DNA of 64,000 nucleotides from the human T2T-CHM13v2.0 reference genome, Homo sapiens: NCBI RefSeq assembly GCF_009914755.1, contig NC_060931.1; one strand, 5' to 3'. A program made the translations under genes and the position numbers. How positions within the stretch are numbered: position 1 is the stretch's first letter; every line of letters begins with the position of its first letter. This document shows, one piece after another, positions 1 through 20,548 of this stretch. The notes below the pieces were generated by a model. It had not been told where the DNA came from, made no database searches, and worked only from the letters and a program-made list of their open reading frames with translations.

Positions 1-155
1 AACTGGGGTTCTGAAATTAAATAATTGCAAGATTCCACGGAAACTTTGATTTGATTCCACAGTTGTCTGGCTCCTAAGTCCACATGCTTTTGTCTTCTCC
101 ACCTTTAATATTTTATGATGAAAATAGCAAACATACAGAAAAGTTGGAAGGATAA

Positions 156-474
<319 letters not shown>

Positions 475-605
475 TGATCTGCCCGTCTCAGCCTCTCAAA
501 GTGTTGGGATTACAGGCATGAGCCACCGCGCCTGGTCTCTTCACCCCGCTTTTTATGCAGATTGCACTGGTCCCCAATAGAAGCAGGTGGGTGCTTCATA
601 CTCAC

Positions 606-671
606 AGACACATCTTTGCCTCGGTACTTAAATTTTCTCCGCCTCTCTTCTGGAGCATCTAAGGTCGGCAT
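606..671 (-). CDS. KPNA7: Karyopherin alpha-7 (importin alpha-8), first coding exon: N-terminal 22 aa of the IBB domain; the gene continues beyond the left edge
   Basis: Minus-strand ATG at 671 encodes MPTLDAPEERRRKFKYRGKDVS, the recognisable KPNA7 N-terminus with the importin-alpha IBB-type 'R..FK.KGK' pattern. GTGAGT donor follows at 605. Upstream acceptor tttctttgttgctgtccaacctgcag gives an exon of 606-694 with 23 nt of 5' UTR. Confidence 0.93.
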
Positions 672-777
672 ATTGACTGGAAGTAGTAAGTTACCTGCAG
701 GTTGGACAGCAACAAAGAAATTTTCAGTGCCCATTGTGTGGGTTATTATGTCAGTATCATAAGGCTCTAACCCTTAA

Positions 778-1071
<294 letters not shown>

Positions 1072-1382
1072 TGATCCGCCCACCTCGGCCTCCCAAAGTG
1101 CTGGGATTACAGGCATGAGCCACCGCTCCCAGCCAGCATTTTTTATTTTTTGGGACCAGAGAAGCTGAGTGAGAGTTAGAACCCATATACACAGCACAGA
1201 CTCCCCGTCCCCAACCCTTGGGCTCAACCTGGCAGCAAGAACAACAGTCTGGACTTCTCAGCTCCATGTCCTATTTCTGCAAGACCTGCTTGTTGGCATC
1301 AGAGTCTCACTCTGTCACCCGGGCTGGAGTGCATTGGCACAATCACGGCTCACTGCAACCTTGACCTCCTGGACTCAAGTGA

Positions 1383-1756
<374 letters not shown>

Positions 1757-1901
1757 ACACCTGGCTTATTTTTGGTTTTGTTTGTTTTTGTAGAGTCGGC
1801 TTTTCACCACGTTGGCCAGGCTGGTCTTGAACTCCTGACCTTGTGATCCACCCACCTCAGCCTCCCAAAGTGCTGGGATTACAGGCATGAACCTGAAGTC
1901 A

Positions 1902-2207
<306 letters not shown>

Positions 2208-2210
2208 TCA

Positions 2211-2486
<276 letters not shown>

Positions 2487-4280
2487 TCAGGACAGTCTCA
2501 AGCACAAGTCACTGAGAATCCTTCAGTAGACTGCCTCCACCCCAGTCCAGACCACTATCACCTCTTACCCACACTACTGCAGTTGCCTTCCAGCTGGTCT
2601 CCCTGCTTCTCCCATTGCCTTATTCCAATCTGTTCTTTGCACAGAGTACATGTGATTGTGGATCACCTGAGGTCAGGAGTTCGAGACCAGCCAGACCAAC
2701 ATGGCGAAACCCTGTCTCTACTAAAAGTACAAAATTAGCCAGGCGTAGTGGCAGGCACCTGTAGTCCCAGCTACTCAGGAGGCTGAGACAGGAGAATCGC
2801 TTGAACCCAGGGGGCGGAGGTTGCCGTGAGCCAAGATCGCACCACTACACTCCAGCCTGGGCAACAGAGCGAGACTCCAACTCAAAAAAAAAAAAAAAAA
2901 AAAAAAAAGAAAAAAATCTGATTAGTCAGGCACAGTGGCTCATGCCTGTAATCTCAACAACTTGAGAGGTTAAGGTGGAGACTTGCTTAAGGCCAGGTGT
3001 TCAAGACCAGCTTGGGCAACAAAGCAAGACCCCCGTCTCTACAAAAAATATAAAAATAAGCTGGGCATGGTGGCACATACCTGTAGTCCCAGCTACTTGA
3101 GGCTGAGGTGGGAGGATTTCTGGAGCCCAGGAAGTCAAGGCTGCAGTGAGCCACGATTGCACCACTGCACTCCAGCCTGGACAGCAGAGCCAGACCCTGT
3201 CTCCAAAACAAACAAACAAAAAAAAGAAAAAATCAAGGAGAATCTGATCTAACTCTCCTGCTTAAAAAAACTCTCCTGGCTACCCAATGAGTTTAGAAGA
3301 AAATTCACTTTCTGCACTGGCCCCAGCCCACTTCACCTCCAACAACTCTTTCCTTGATCATTGTGTTCTAGACCCCTGGGCTTCATTATCAAGTGTTCCA
3401 GGTTCATTGTACTTGGGCCTTTGAAGTAGCTGCTCTGCCCAGGATCTCTGCACACTTGGCTCCTCTTCATTCAGTCTCTGCTTAAACATCTCTGAAAGCC
3501 CTTTTAACTGTCTTCCCAGTCTTATTTTCTTCTCAGCTTTAACCACTGCCTGATATTTTCTTGTTTGTCCAACTTCCTCTCCTCCTACTCCCCATGGTAA
3601 CAGTACTGTGTCTTAGGCAGGGATTTCTTACCTCTTTCACAACACATGACAAAGTAGGTACTCAAATATTTGTCAAGGGAGGGTACTGTGTGATACGAGA
3701 CAGGGAGTTGGCCCTCAGTTAGAGGTGGTTATTCAAATCAGGCCAAGTTTGAACTTTTTTTAAATTGGAGGGAGTTTGCTTTTGTGTTTTTGTTTTGCTT
3801 TTGAGACAGTCTTGCTCCGTTGCCCAGGCTGGAGTGCAATAAATAGTGTAATCATGGCTTACTGCAGCCTCAACCTCTTGAGCTCAAGTGATCCTCCTGC
3901 CTCAGCCTCCTGAGCAGCTAGGACTACAGGCACAAGTCACCAAGGCTGGCTAATTTGTATTTTTTGTAGAGATGGGATCTCACTATGTTGCCCAGGCTGG
4001 TTTCAAACCCCTGGGCTAAAGCAATCCTCCCCCTCAGCCTCCCAAAGCATTGGGATTAGAGGCATGAGCCACTGCACCTGGCCCCAACTTTGAATGTTCA
4101 CAAGGCAGCAGGGAATATTTCTTACAGGTATGTAATATTCATCTGTTTCTGACCATACGAGATGGTCCAGACTACATTATAGAAAAGAGAAAATTGGATA
4201 AAGAAAGTCAACTGACTCTTGTCTTCAGTGAATAGCAGCCAAGAATAGTTTTGGTAGAAAAGACTAATTCAGACATATCA

Positions 4281-4580
<300 letters not shown>

Positions 4581-6273
4581 CTACACTCCAGCCTGGGCAA
4601 CAGAGTGAGACTCTGTCTCAAAAAAAGTAATTTAGGGCCAAGACTGATGTTGTAAGAAGAGAGACAAGCTCTATGCAAGATCAGAACAAGGATCGAGTCT
4701 TGAGGATGCTCACATTAGGGCCTGAGAGAATGAAGAATTAGCAAAGAACCAGGACAAAGGAGGGAGTTGGAGATAGAACAACAGAGTTAGTATCAGAGGC
4801 ACTGCTGGCAACAGTAGTCACTGCGCCAGGGACAAGTCCCTAAAATCAAGCTCCAGCCACCCACAGCAAGACAGGAGCTACAGGAGAGCATGTCAGCTGA
4901 GCCTCAGAGCAGAGGAAACCAACAGCCCACACCATCCCTCTGGGTTTCAGATCCTGGTGGCTCTGCCTGCTTTAAAGCATTAGTTTCCTCCACAGCCTGG
5001 GAAAGAATAGCCTATATACCTTGTCTGCAAATCTGATCCTGGGAAATGCAAATTAGTTCCTGGAATTGACCAATCTCTCCCACTCTCCGATCTCAAAGCC
5101 AGAGAGGTGGAGGGTGACACCTGGTTTAAACATTCACGAAGCTCTCAATCATTGTGAGTCATGTTGACCTCCTCCCCAACCAATGTGGACAAAGGGACCT
5201 CAGTGAATCCAGAGTCCTTTGGTTGCTGCCCAGGGAGCCCTCACACAAGTTGGCTTAAGACTATCTCAGGCTTTAGATTTCTTCAATACAACTTCAAGCT
5301 CGAGGTAGCTTTACTCCTAGCAACACATCAGAACTCAGTATACCTGGGAAGGGAAGAGAACAACATTGCAAGACAGCCTCAGCACTGGGAGATCAGGCTA
5401 GGAAACACTGGTGTCCGATCCACATGTGTCCTTTTTTTTTTTTTTTTTTTTTTTTTTTGAGACAGAGTTTCATTCTTGTAGCCCAGGCTGGAGTGCAGTG
5501 GTGCGATCTCAGCTCACTGCAACCTCCACCTCTCGGTTCAAGCAATTCTCCTGCCTCAGCCTCCCACGTAGCTGGGATTACAGGCACCTGCCACCACGCC
5601 CAGCTAATTTTTGTATTTTTTTTCTTTTTTTGGTAGAGATGGGGTTTCATCATATTGCTGAGCTGGTCTCAAACTCCTGACCTCAGGTGGCCCACCCGCC
5701 TCGGTCCCCCAAAGTGCTGGGATTACAGGAGTGAGCCACCATGCATGGCTTACTTTTAAGTAATCTCAAATTCTGCCCCATAAGGAAGCGTTGCTTTTTA
5801 AGACTAAATTGGCCAGGCACAGTGGCTCACACCTATAGTCTCAACGCTTTGGGAGGCCAAGGCAGAAGCTTGAGGCAGGAGTTTGAGACCAGCCTCAGCA
5901 AAATGGTGAGACCCTATCTCTACCAAAAAAGATTAAAAAAATTAAAAATTAATCCGGCATCGTGATGGGCACCTATAGTCCCAGATACTCGGTGGGAGGA
6001 TCGCCTGAGCCCCAGAAATCAAGGCTGCAGTGAGCCATGATTGTGCCACTGCACTCCAGCATGGGTGACAGAGACCCTGTCTCAAAAAGAAAAGAAAAAA
6101 AGAAAAGAAAAAATCATTGCTATTGATCACAGTATCCTTTTAACATCTTGAAAACTAGATTCCTAGTCACCAGAATAACCAATGTTAAGAGGATCATCAG
6201 TTGAACCAAAATTTGGGTTTAAATGAGATTCTATTTCTAGGTCTCCAAGAGTTGAGACATAGGGCATTTATAA

Positions 6274-6561
<288 letters not shown>

Positions 6562-6622
6562 TGATCCACCGTCTTGGCCTCCCAAAGTGCTAGGATTACA
6601 TGTGTGAGCCACTGCACCTGGC

Positions 6623-6664
<42 letters not shown>

Positions 6665-6866
6665 AGAGTCTCATTGTTGCCCAGGCTGAAGTGCAGCGGA
6701 GCAATCATAACTCACTGCAGCCTTGACCTCCTGGGCTCAAATGATCCTCCCACCTCAGCTTCCTGAGTAGCTGGGACCACAGGAACAAGCTACCACACTT
6801 CACTAATTTTTTAAATTTTTTGTAGAGATGGGGTCTTACTCTGTCACCCAGGTTGGGGTGCAGTGA

Positions 6867-7031
<165 letters not shown>

Positions 7032-7430
7032 TGACCTCAAGTGATCCTCCTGCCTCCACCTCTCAAATCACTGGAATTATGCACATGAGCCACTGCACCT
7101 GGCCCAAAACATTTATTATGTGCCCAGAATTTTAGACATTTAGGATTAAATGAAGTTTCATCTAATACTAAGGTAAAAATATCCCCATTTTGCAGGTGAA
7201 GGAGCCATCTCAGACATCATTTCCCAAAGTTCCCATAACTGTGAAGTATCAGAACCAGGACATCAGATTTGACTCCTGCGTCCAAGCTTTGCAGCCAATA
7301 ATCTGTAACAAGGTCTAATTAGGAAAGCATGAGATCACCACCATGGCCAGTGCAGTGGCTCACACCTGTAATCCCAGCACCTTGGGAGGCCAAGGTGGGC
7401 AGATCCTCTGAGGTCAGGAGTTTGAGATCA

Positions 7431-7631
<201 letters not shown>

Positions 7632-7634
7632 CTA

Positions 7635-8015
<381 letters not shown>

Positions 8016-8374
8016 TTAACACATGGGGTGAGATGTTAGAAAGGAGGAAAGCCCATTTCATGCAACAGAAACAATAGAGGCCACTTCTGAAATACCTGCT
8101 CTAGCTGCCACCTTGTTGCTACGCTTCACATGTTGCCAATGGCACAATTATCTCAGTTAATGAGACTGAGCATGCATGAGGAAGAGGCCAGTTTGGTACA
8201 AGGGGCTGCAATCCTGCCTCTGGGAAAACCCAAGACAGCACTCAGCTCTAAGACCATTGCCAAGGGAACTGCTCATCCTTCTGCCACAACCTGGAAGCCA
8301 TGGCTATTAGAAACTCGGCGCGGTGGCTCATGCCTGTAATTCCAGCACTTTGGGAGGCTGAGGTGGGTGGATCA

Positions 8375-8636
<262 letters not shown>

Positions 8637-9617
8637 TCAAACCAAATATCACAGGAAATGGCTTGAAGCCGAGAAAGCTCAGCTGCAGATGAGACAGGGT
8701 CCTCCCCACTCCTTGAGGTATCTTTAGGGAGAGGGTTGAAGGTTATAGAGCTAGCAGATCACTTCGTGTAGGGACATTCTGCAAACCCAGCGGCAGAGCA
8801 GATCCCTGTTGCTTCTCCAGGCTTCTCTGGTCACAGCTCGGATTCCGCTTCTTTCCCTTCACATGGCTGTTGGCAGCGACCAGGAGAGCTGGGTGCCCTG
8901 TCGTTCTTTACTTAAGAAAGTGTTGACAGCCAGGCAGAGGCTCATGCCCGTAATCCCAGCAGTTTGGGAGGATTATTTGAGACCAGGAGTTCAAGACTTG
9001 GGGCAACACAGTGAGACCCCATCTCTACAAATAAATGAAAAAAATATATAGCCAGGTGGTTGCTGTACAACTGCAGTCCCAGCTACTCAGGAGGCTAAGG
9101 CAGGAGGATCACTTGAGCCCAGTAGGTTGAGGCTGCAGCAGCGAGTTATGATTGCACCACTACGCTCCAGCCTAGGCAAGAGATCCCTTCTCTAATTAAA
9201 AAAAAAAAAAAAAGAAAAGCACTGAGTTATACACAGTCCAAGTCAGTACCCTGCCCCTTTTTGTTTTGAGATAGGTCTTACTCCCACCATCCAGGCTGGA
9301 GTGCAGTGGCACAATCACAGCTCACTACAGCCTCGACTTTCTGGGCTCAGATGACCTCTCACCTCAGCCTCCCAAAGGAGCTGGGGCTACAGGCACACAC
9401 CACCACACCCAGCTAAGTTTTTTGCATTTTAGAAAGACAGGTGTCTTGCTACATTGCCCAGGCTTGTCTCGAAGTCCTGGGCTCAAGTGATCCTCCCACT
9501 TCAGCCTCCCAAAGTGCTTGGATTACAGATATGAGCCACTGCACCTGGCCCAAGTCAGTACCTTTGTTCATTGGTTCTTCAAGTTTGAGATCCCAAGAAA
9601 GCCGAACTAGTGATTAA

Positions 9618-10139
<522 letters not shown>

Positions 10140-10944
10140 TAACGGTATTGAGTCGCTTCCTCTGGTTGGGGCATTTCAGGCCATTTTTGAGCTTTCTATA
10201 CTTTTCTAGATCTAGCTGAGTTTTTCCTGTGAGCAACTTTCATGAACTGAGAACCATTTTAAATTAAGACATGTCATCATCCAAGAGTTGGCTTCTACAA
10301 AATAGCATTTTTTGGATTTCAAAGTAACACATAGTGAGGGCTTAAAGGATATAAATACTTCAGAAATATATTGAACGTTAGCTTCCAATAACCCCACTCC
10401 TCCACCAAGTTAACCTTTAAAAACTCACCACCCTCTGTGTGCCCAGCCCGGCTGCAGCTGCACAGGCACTGACATGGTAATTCGAGGAGGGGATCTTGAA
10501 CATGCCATTTTGTGACATGTGTTTCTTTCATCTGTACCTTGGACATCATTTGATATCTGTATGTTCAGATCTGCATCACTACCAGCCAGTTCTTCAAAGT
10601 AGGGTTTGTTTAAGCTAAAAACACATGTTGGATTCGAGCTAGCGAGTCAATGAGACTTATCTGCCAGGAAGGAGGGGTTCAGGGATCCCAGCAGCCTCTG
10701 CCTCAATGCCCCAAGATGCATTGGTCCACAAGCTGAGGCTAGCTGGGGTTGGGGGTGGAGAGGGAAGGTAAAGTGTCCAGGGACAGGAGAGGACAGCCAG
10801 GGAGGAGAAAAGGCCCAGGAACGGGGACTCCACCTTGCCTTTTTTTTTTTTTTTTTTTTTTTGAGACAGAGTCTTGCTCTGTCACCCAGGCTGGAGTGTA
10901 GTGGTGCTATCTCGGCTCACTGCAGCCTCCGCCTCCTGGGTTGA

Positions 10945-11160
<216 letters not shown>

Positions 11161-12284
11161 TAGCTTTCTGAGGGGCTTTACCAACATGAATGAGACGCAC
11201 CTGGGGATTCCAGACTTCAGTTTCAATGCTGAGAAAGAGGGGCCAGAGGGGCTGCAGGCCATGCCCAGGTTGAAGTGATCTCGGCTCACTGCAGCCTCAA
11301 ACTCCCTGGCTCAGGCAATCCTCCTGCCTCAGCCTCCCGAGTAGCCAGGACCACAGGCATGCACCATCACACCTGGCTAATTTTTTTATTTTTTGGTAGA
11401 GACTGGGCCTCGCTATGTTGCCTACTCTGGTCTCAAGTGATCCTCTCCCTTCAGCCTCCTGAGTAGCTAGGACTACAGGTGCACACTGCCATACCTGGCT
11501 GATTTTTTCAAATTTTTTTTTCTTTTTTTTGTAGAAACAGGGTCTTTGTTGCCCAGGCTGGTCTCAAACTCCTGTCCACAAGAAGGAGGCAAGAGACCAG
11601 GCCCTCTACCTGTGAAAGATATAAAAGCAAGCTTCCTGAGAGGGGGCTGAATCGGGAACAAGTCCCACAGGTGACAACATCCCGGGGAGTACTTCAGGAA
11701 GGAGGGGCACATGGCAAGGCCGAGGACATGGGAGTCACAGCCCACTATGTGGTTAGACTCACTCCAGACACCCCGCAAGCCCGCGTCTGGGCTCTGCAGA
11801 GTAAACAGACCCCTGCACCTACCACTTCCTCCTTATCCACCCTCAAAAACAAGCCAAAGACGACCTAGCACAGTGTCTCTAAAGACACTGGCTGATTTCA
11901 ACAGAGACAACAGCCTAGGCCTTCTCCAAGCTGCCCCCATGGGCAGGCAGATCTGCTTCAGAAAGGGCCCCCAGAGGCACCTCCGTGGTGGAGAGCAAGG
12001 ACACAGCAGCCTCCTCAGGGCCCCCAAACAGCTGCCTGGCTCATTACCCGTACAAGAGCAAGATATCTGATCAGCCAATACCCAGACAGAAGGACTCAGC
12101 CACGTCTGGAGCCGGGGCTCGTGCACACATTCGCACTTTCTCACACAGGGACAAGCCACCAACCACTCACCTGGCCAGGAGCCGCAGCCTCCAGCCCCTT
12201 GGTCAGCCTTAAATGCCCTCAGCTGATGGCAGGTGTTTCGCAGCCCTTGGCCCCACCTCACAGGGCTGATTCTACCCCCACGCT

Positions 12285-12420
12285 GATGGTTCTTATGCGT
12301 GAACGCAGATTGGAATCACTTGGGGAGTTTTGAGCCCGCCCCGGGCAAGAGGCTGATTGAGTTGGTCAGGGAGGCTGAGGGGCGAGGCCCGGGTCTCCCA
12401 GGTGAGTCTCATGTTCAGAA
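12285..12420. mobile_element. Degenerate MER5A-like hAT-Charlie DNA transposon fragment
   Basis: Resembles recalled MER5A motifs (tggttct...gaatcacttggggag...ctgatt...tcccaggtga). Confidence 0.45.
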
Positions 12421-12703
12421 CCTTCAGCCTCTGCAGCTGTAGCATTTTGAGGCCCTTGAGTAAACCATCAAAAGGTGAAGTGGGGTGAGGGTTGAGGGGA
12501 ATTCCTTCTAGGGAAGGGTTTGCATTCTGGACGTTTAAGGCTCCTAGGATCTAGCTAGGTTGAGTGGCCTCTTCCTAAACTTGCACAGAAGGCTTAAAAG
12601 CTGCTGTTGAATTAATTAGCGTTTACTCCCAAGGCAGGCAATAAGATTTGATGGAGGTGAGAATAGATCTGCTTCATACTGGAATGAAAATAAGAACATT
12701 TCA

Positions 12704-12964
<261 letters not shown>

Positions 12965-13060
12965 TTAATTAGCTGAGAGGGCCGGGCACAGTGGCTCACA
13001 CCTGTAATCCCAGCACTTTGGGAGGCTGAGGCGGGATGATCACTTGAGGCCAGGAGTTCA

Positions 13061-13336
<276 letters not shown>

Positions 13337-13844
13337 CTAGCTGTTTGGAAGGCTGAGGCAGGAGGATCACTTAAACCTAGGAGTCGAGGCTGCTGTGAGC
13401 TGTGATTGTGCCACTGCACTCCAGCCTGGGTGACAAGAGCAAGATTCTGTCTCAAGATAAATAATAATAAACTTTTTTTAAAAGACGGCAATTGGGACAA
13501 CATAGAGGGGGAGGTCAGGGAGGGCTTCCTGGAAGAGGGGATGCCCAAACCAAGTCCTCAGGAAAAGGAGTTTGCAGATGGAAAACTGAGGAAGATGCTC
13601 CAGGCAGAGGACACAGCACAGGAGGAGTTATTGAGGCAAGAAAAATGGGCATGTGTTCCCTGGGAATGAAGAGCCCATTCAGTATTGCTAGAGGGACAAG
13701 GGAGTAAGATGCCAAAGCGAAGATGGCCTGGTGCCCAGCGGAGGGGGCACTGGGAGCCATCCACAATGGGCCAGATGATAAAAGGTTGCACTGTCTAATA
13801 AGGGATTATTGATTTTTTAAAAAAAAAAATTATGTTTTAGGTCA

Positions 13845-14121
<277 letters not shown>

Positions 14122-15118
14122 TCAAAAATAAAAAATTGTTTTAGAGATGGGATCTTGCTCTGCTGCCCAGGCTGGAGCACAGTGGCGCTATCACAGCTCA
14201 CTGCAAACTTGACCTCCAGACTCAACCCGTCCTCCCACCTCAGCCTCCCAAACAGCTGGGACCACAGTTGTGCACCACCACACCTGGCTAATTTGTTTTT
14301 ATTTCTTGCAGAGATCGGGTCTACCTATGTTCCCCAGGCTGGTCTCGAACTCCTGTGCTCAAGCATTCCTCCCACCTCTGCCTGCTGAATAGCTGGGATT
14401 ACAGGCACACACCACCACGCCTGGATAATTAAAAAAAAATTTTTTTTTGCACAAAAAAAGGGTCTCACTATGTTGCCCAGGTTGGTCTCGAACTCAACCA
14501 TCCTCAAGCCATCCTCCTGCCTTGGCCTCCCAGGGATGAGCCACCACACCCAACCACATCAAGCTTTGGAATCCAATAATCATTCTTTGGCTAAATCTAA
14601 TCAGCCAACCACCATGGTGCGCACAGGAGGTCCCCAGAGGTCTCAGGAAGGCAGGAGAAGCAGCACTGTGGGTGGAAACCTGGACGTCAGTGGAAGCCGT
14701 GAGCCCTCCCCAACTCCACATCCCCACTCTGTGTAAGGCCATGTCCACCCTGTCAGGGACAGGACACCTCTGTGGTCTCCTTCACTCCATCTCCATCCTC
14801 ATCTTGCTTCCCCACACTCCACCAGCTCCACCTTCCATGGAACCCGTCTCCTCGGCCCTCCCAGCCTTTGCTGACCCCTGAGGGCCACTCGCCCACTGGT
14901 CTGGTGGTACTTCCTCTCCTCTCCAACAAACTCTCACGTTAAATTCTCAAGATTAAACTACCTGGAGGGGCGTGTTTGCCTGGTTTGTTGAACCAGCTTT
15001 GATTCTTCTGATGCAGTAGGAATAACCGATCCCATTTCACAGAGCAAGAAACTGAGGCTGGGAACATCTAGGTGACTTACCCAAGGTCACATGATGAGGT
15101 AAGGTCTGATTGGTGTGA

Positions 15119-16090
<972 letters not shown>

Positions 16091-16554
16091 GATTCATTTC
16101 TTCAAAGCAAAGCACATCTTCCTGTTTCTATAGTATCATTTATACTGCTATTGACGGCGGCATCCCAAGGCGGGGTGTGGGGAGCGGCCCTCCCCAGCAG
16201 CGGGGAGCATTTATCATTGACATTGTTGATCATTTACAGGGTAGGGCAGTCATGAAAGGGAGCTGATTTCTATTTGAATTTTATTGTTGTTTTTAAATCC
16301 TCTGTAGTTGATCTACTTGTTGCCACAGCCCTGGCCAGCTGCTCCTACTGTCCCCCAGGTTGGCACGTCACTGGTCATTCATGTATAAATACATATTTAT
16401 TTCGTTATTAATATAAGAAGGATTTTTTGAAAACCCCCAATTGTAGAGTTGACGGCACACTTCCCTCAGGGGATTCAGGAAAGATTTTGCGCTTGAGGTC
16501 AGTCTTCGGGAATCCACTGGCTCCGACGAACGCAGCTGTCGGCACGCCTGGCCT

Positions 16555-17866
16555 CTGCGTGTGTCTGTGTGTGTGCTGCGCGTCTCTCTATGTGTGTCTA
16601 TATGTGTGTGTCTGTGTGTGCTGTGTGTTTCTGTCTGTATTTATGTGTATGTCTATGTGTATGTGTGTCTGTGTGTGACTATGTGTCTGTGTGTACCTGT
16701 ATGTCTGTGTTTGTGAATGCCTGTGTATGCCTGTGTATGTCCGTGTGTGTCTCTTTGTGTTTGTGTGTATGTCTAGGTGTGTGTTTCTGTGTGTGTGTCT
16801 ATGTGTCTGTGTGTCTCTATGTGTGTCTCTGTGTGTGTCTGTATGTGTGTATGTCTGTGTGTGTCTATGTCTCTGTGTGTCTTCCTGACACGTGTCTGTG
16901 TGTGTGTCCGTGTGTGTCTGTATGTGTCTGTGCGTGTGTCTGTGCGTCTGCATGTGTCCGTTTGTGTATGTGTCTATGTGTGTCTGTGTGTGTCTGTGTG
17001 TGTCTTTGTGCCTTTGTGTATCTGTGTGTCTATGTGTCTGTGTGTGTCTGTGTCTGTGTGTTTATGTGTGTGTCTGTGTGCGTATATGTCTATGTGTGTG
17101 TCTGTGTGTGTGTCTGTGTGTATCTGTGTGTATGTTTGTGTGTATGTCTGTGTGTCTGTGTCTGTGTGTGTATATGTCTATGTGTGTGTGTGTCTGTGTG
17201 TCTGCGTGTATGTCTGTGTGTCTGCGTGTCTGTGTGTATATGTCTGTGTGTATGTCTGAGTGTGTCTGTGTGTATATGTCTATATGTGTGTCTGTGTGTG
17301 TGTGTCTGTGTGTATATGTCTATATGTGTGTCTGTGTGTGTATATGTCTGTGTCTGTGTGTGTCTGTGTGTGTGCATCTGTGTGTCTGTGTGTATCTTTG
17401 TGTTTGTGTGTATCTGTGTGTGTCCGTGTGTGTCTGTGTGTGTCTGTGTGTCTGTGTGTGTGTCTGTGTGTCTGTGTGTGTGTCTCTGTGTGTGTCTGTG
17501 TGTCTGTGTCTGTGTGTGTCTCTGTGTGTGTCTGTGTATGTCTGTGTCTGTGTGTGTCTGTGTGTGTGTCTCTGTGTGTGTCTGTGTGTCTCTGTGTGTG
17601 CCTGTGTGTCTGTGTGTGTCTCTGTGTGTGTCTGTGTGTCTGTCTCTGTGTGTGTCTCTGTGTGTGTGTCTGTGTATGTTTGTGTCTGTGTGTCTGTGTG
17701 TGTGTCTGTGTGTGTCTGTGTGTCTGTGTGTGTCTGTGTCTGTGTGTGTCTCTGTGTGTGTCTGTGTGTGTCTCTGTGTGTGTCTGTGTGTCTGTGTCTG
17801 TGTGTGTGTGTCTGTCTGCGTGTGTGTGTGTTTCTGTATATGTGTCTGTATGTCTGTGTGTGTGTT
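16555..17866 (+). repeat. ~1.3-kb degenerate (TG)n / TCTG / TATG simple repeat
   Basis: Continuous alternating TG with C/A interruptions; source of the poly-Cys/Val and poly-Thr/His ORFs. Confidence 0.97.
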
Positions 17867-18903
17867 CATGCACAAGTGTCAGGACGTCCCCAGGTGAGGG
17901 GACCTCCCCTCGTCCGGATGCCGACCCCTTGTAGCGGCGCTGAGGTTCCTGGTAGACTTTGTTTAGCACAGGGCTGGGGGTGAGGAGGAAAAGGGGTGTT
18001 AAGGGAAGAAAAAGGAGGCACGGGGAGAAAAGGCAGCAAAGGGAAACCAAAGGCTCCGCCGTAACATTTTTTGTAGAGATAGAGACTATGTTGCATGGAC
18101 TGGTCTTGAACTCTTGGGCTCTAGCAATCCTCCTGCCTCAGCCTCACACATCGCCAGAACTACTAGCGCATGCCACTAGGTCTGGCTAATTTTTAAATTT
18201 TTTGCAGAGATGGGGTCTTGCTATGTTCCCCAGGCTGGTCTCAAATTCCTGGGCTCAAGCAATCCTTCTGCCTCAGCCTCCCAAAGTGCTGGGATTATAG
18301 GTGTGAGTCACCACACCCAGCTTATTTTTAAATTTTTTGTAGAGATGGGGTCTCACTATGGTGCCCAGGCTGGTCTTAAACTCCTGAGCTCAAGCAATCC
18401 TCCTGCCTCAGCCTCCCAAAGCTCTGGGATTGCAAGCATGAGCCACAACACCGGGTGTGTTCACCTTTTCATTAATTCAACCTTGTCTTAGACAAATGTG
18501 GTGGCACTGAGGATAAAATGGGGGGACAGAGCACCCCCTTCCCTCCCACGGGGCTTATGATCTGCCAGATCAGACCATAACCAGCCTACAATGGAGGAAG
18601 CTCACAGGAATCTGGGGGTTCCACGTGGAGCTTTTTGCCCAGTCCCAGGGAGAGATGATGGGGAGGAGAGAGAAGTGGTCCCCTTCTTATAAAGCACCCT
18701 GGTTCGCACTCTAAGAGAATGAAAATTGGGCTGGGCACAGTGGCTCACACCTGTAATCCCAGCACTTTAGGAGGTCAAGGCAGGTGGATCATCTGAGGTC
18801 AGGAGTTTGAGATCAGACTGGCCAACATAGTGAAACTCCATCTCTACTAAAAATACAAAATTAGCCGGGAGCGGTGGTGAACGCCTGTAGTCCCAGCTAC
18901 TCA

Positions 18904-19086
<183 letters not shown>

Positions 19087-19242
19087 CTATCACTCCAGGC
19101 CATTCCACTCTGTCCTGTCATCTGTGGAGAATAAATGAGACTGAGAAGGTGGATGAGGCAGAATTGATTTTCTTGCCCAAACTGACTTCACAGAGCATCA
19201 TAATAAAAAGACGGGTCATTTACAATCCTGCTGTTCTCCTGA

Positions 19243-20348
<1,106 letters not shown>

Positions 20349-20377
20349 TCAAGCTGGGCTGACTTTTTTTTTTTTAA

Positions 20378-20548
<171 letters not shown>

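Noticed and set aside
16569-18050. Long ORFs of 442, 363, 261 and 256 aa (Cys/Val- or Thr/His-rich)
   Set aside because: They are translations of the (TG)n simple repeat, which lacks stop codons in several frames; no splice or codon structure supports them.
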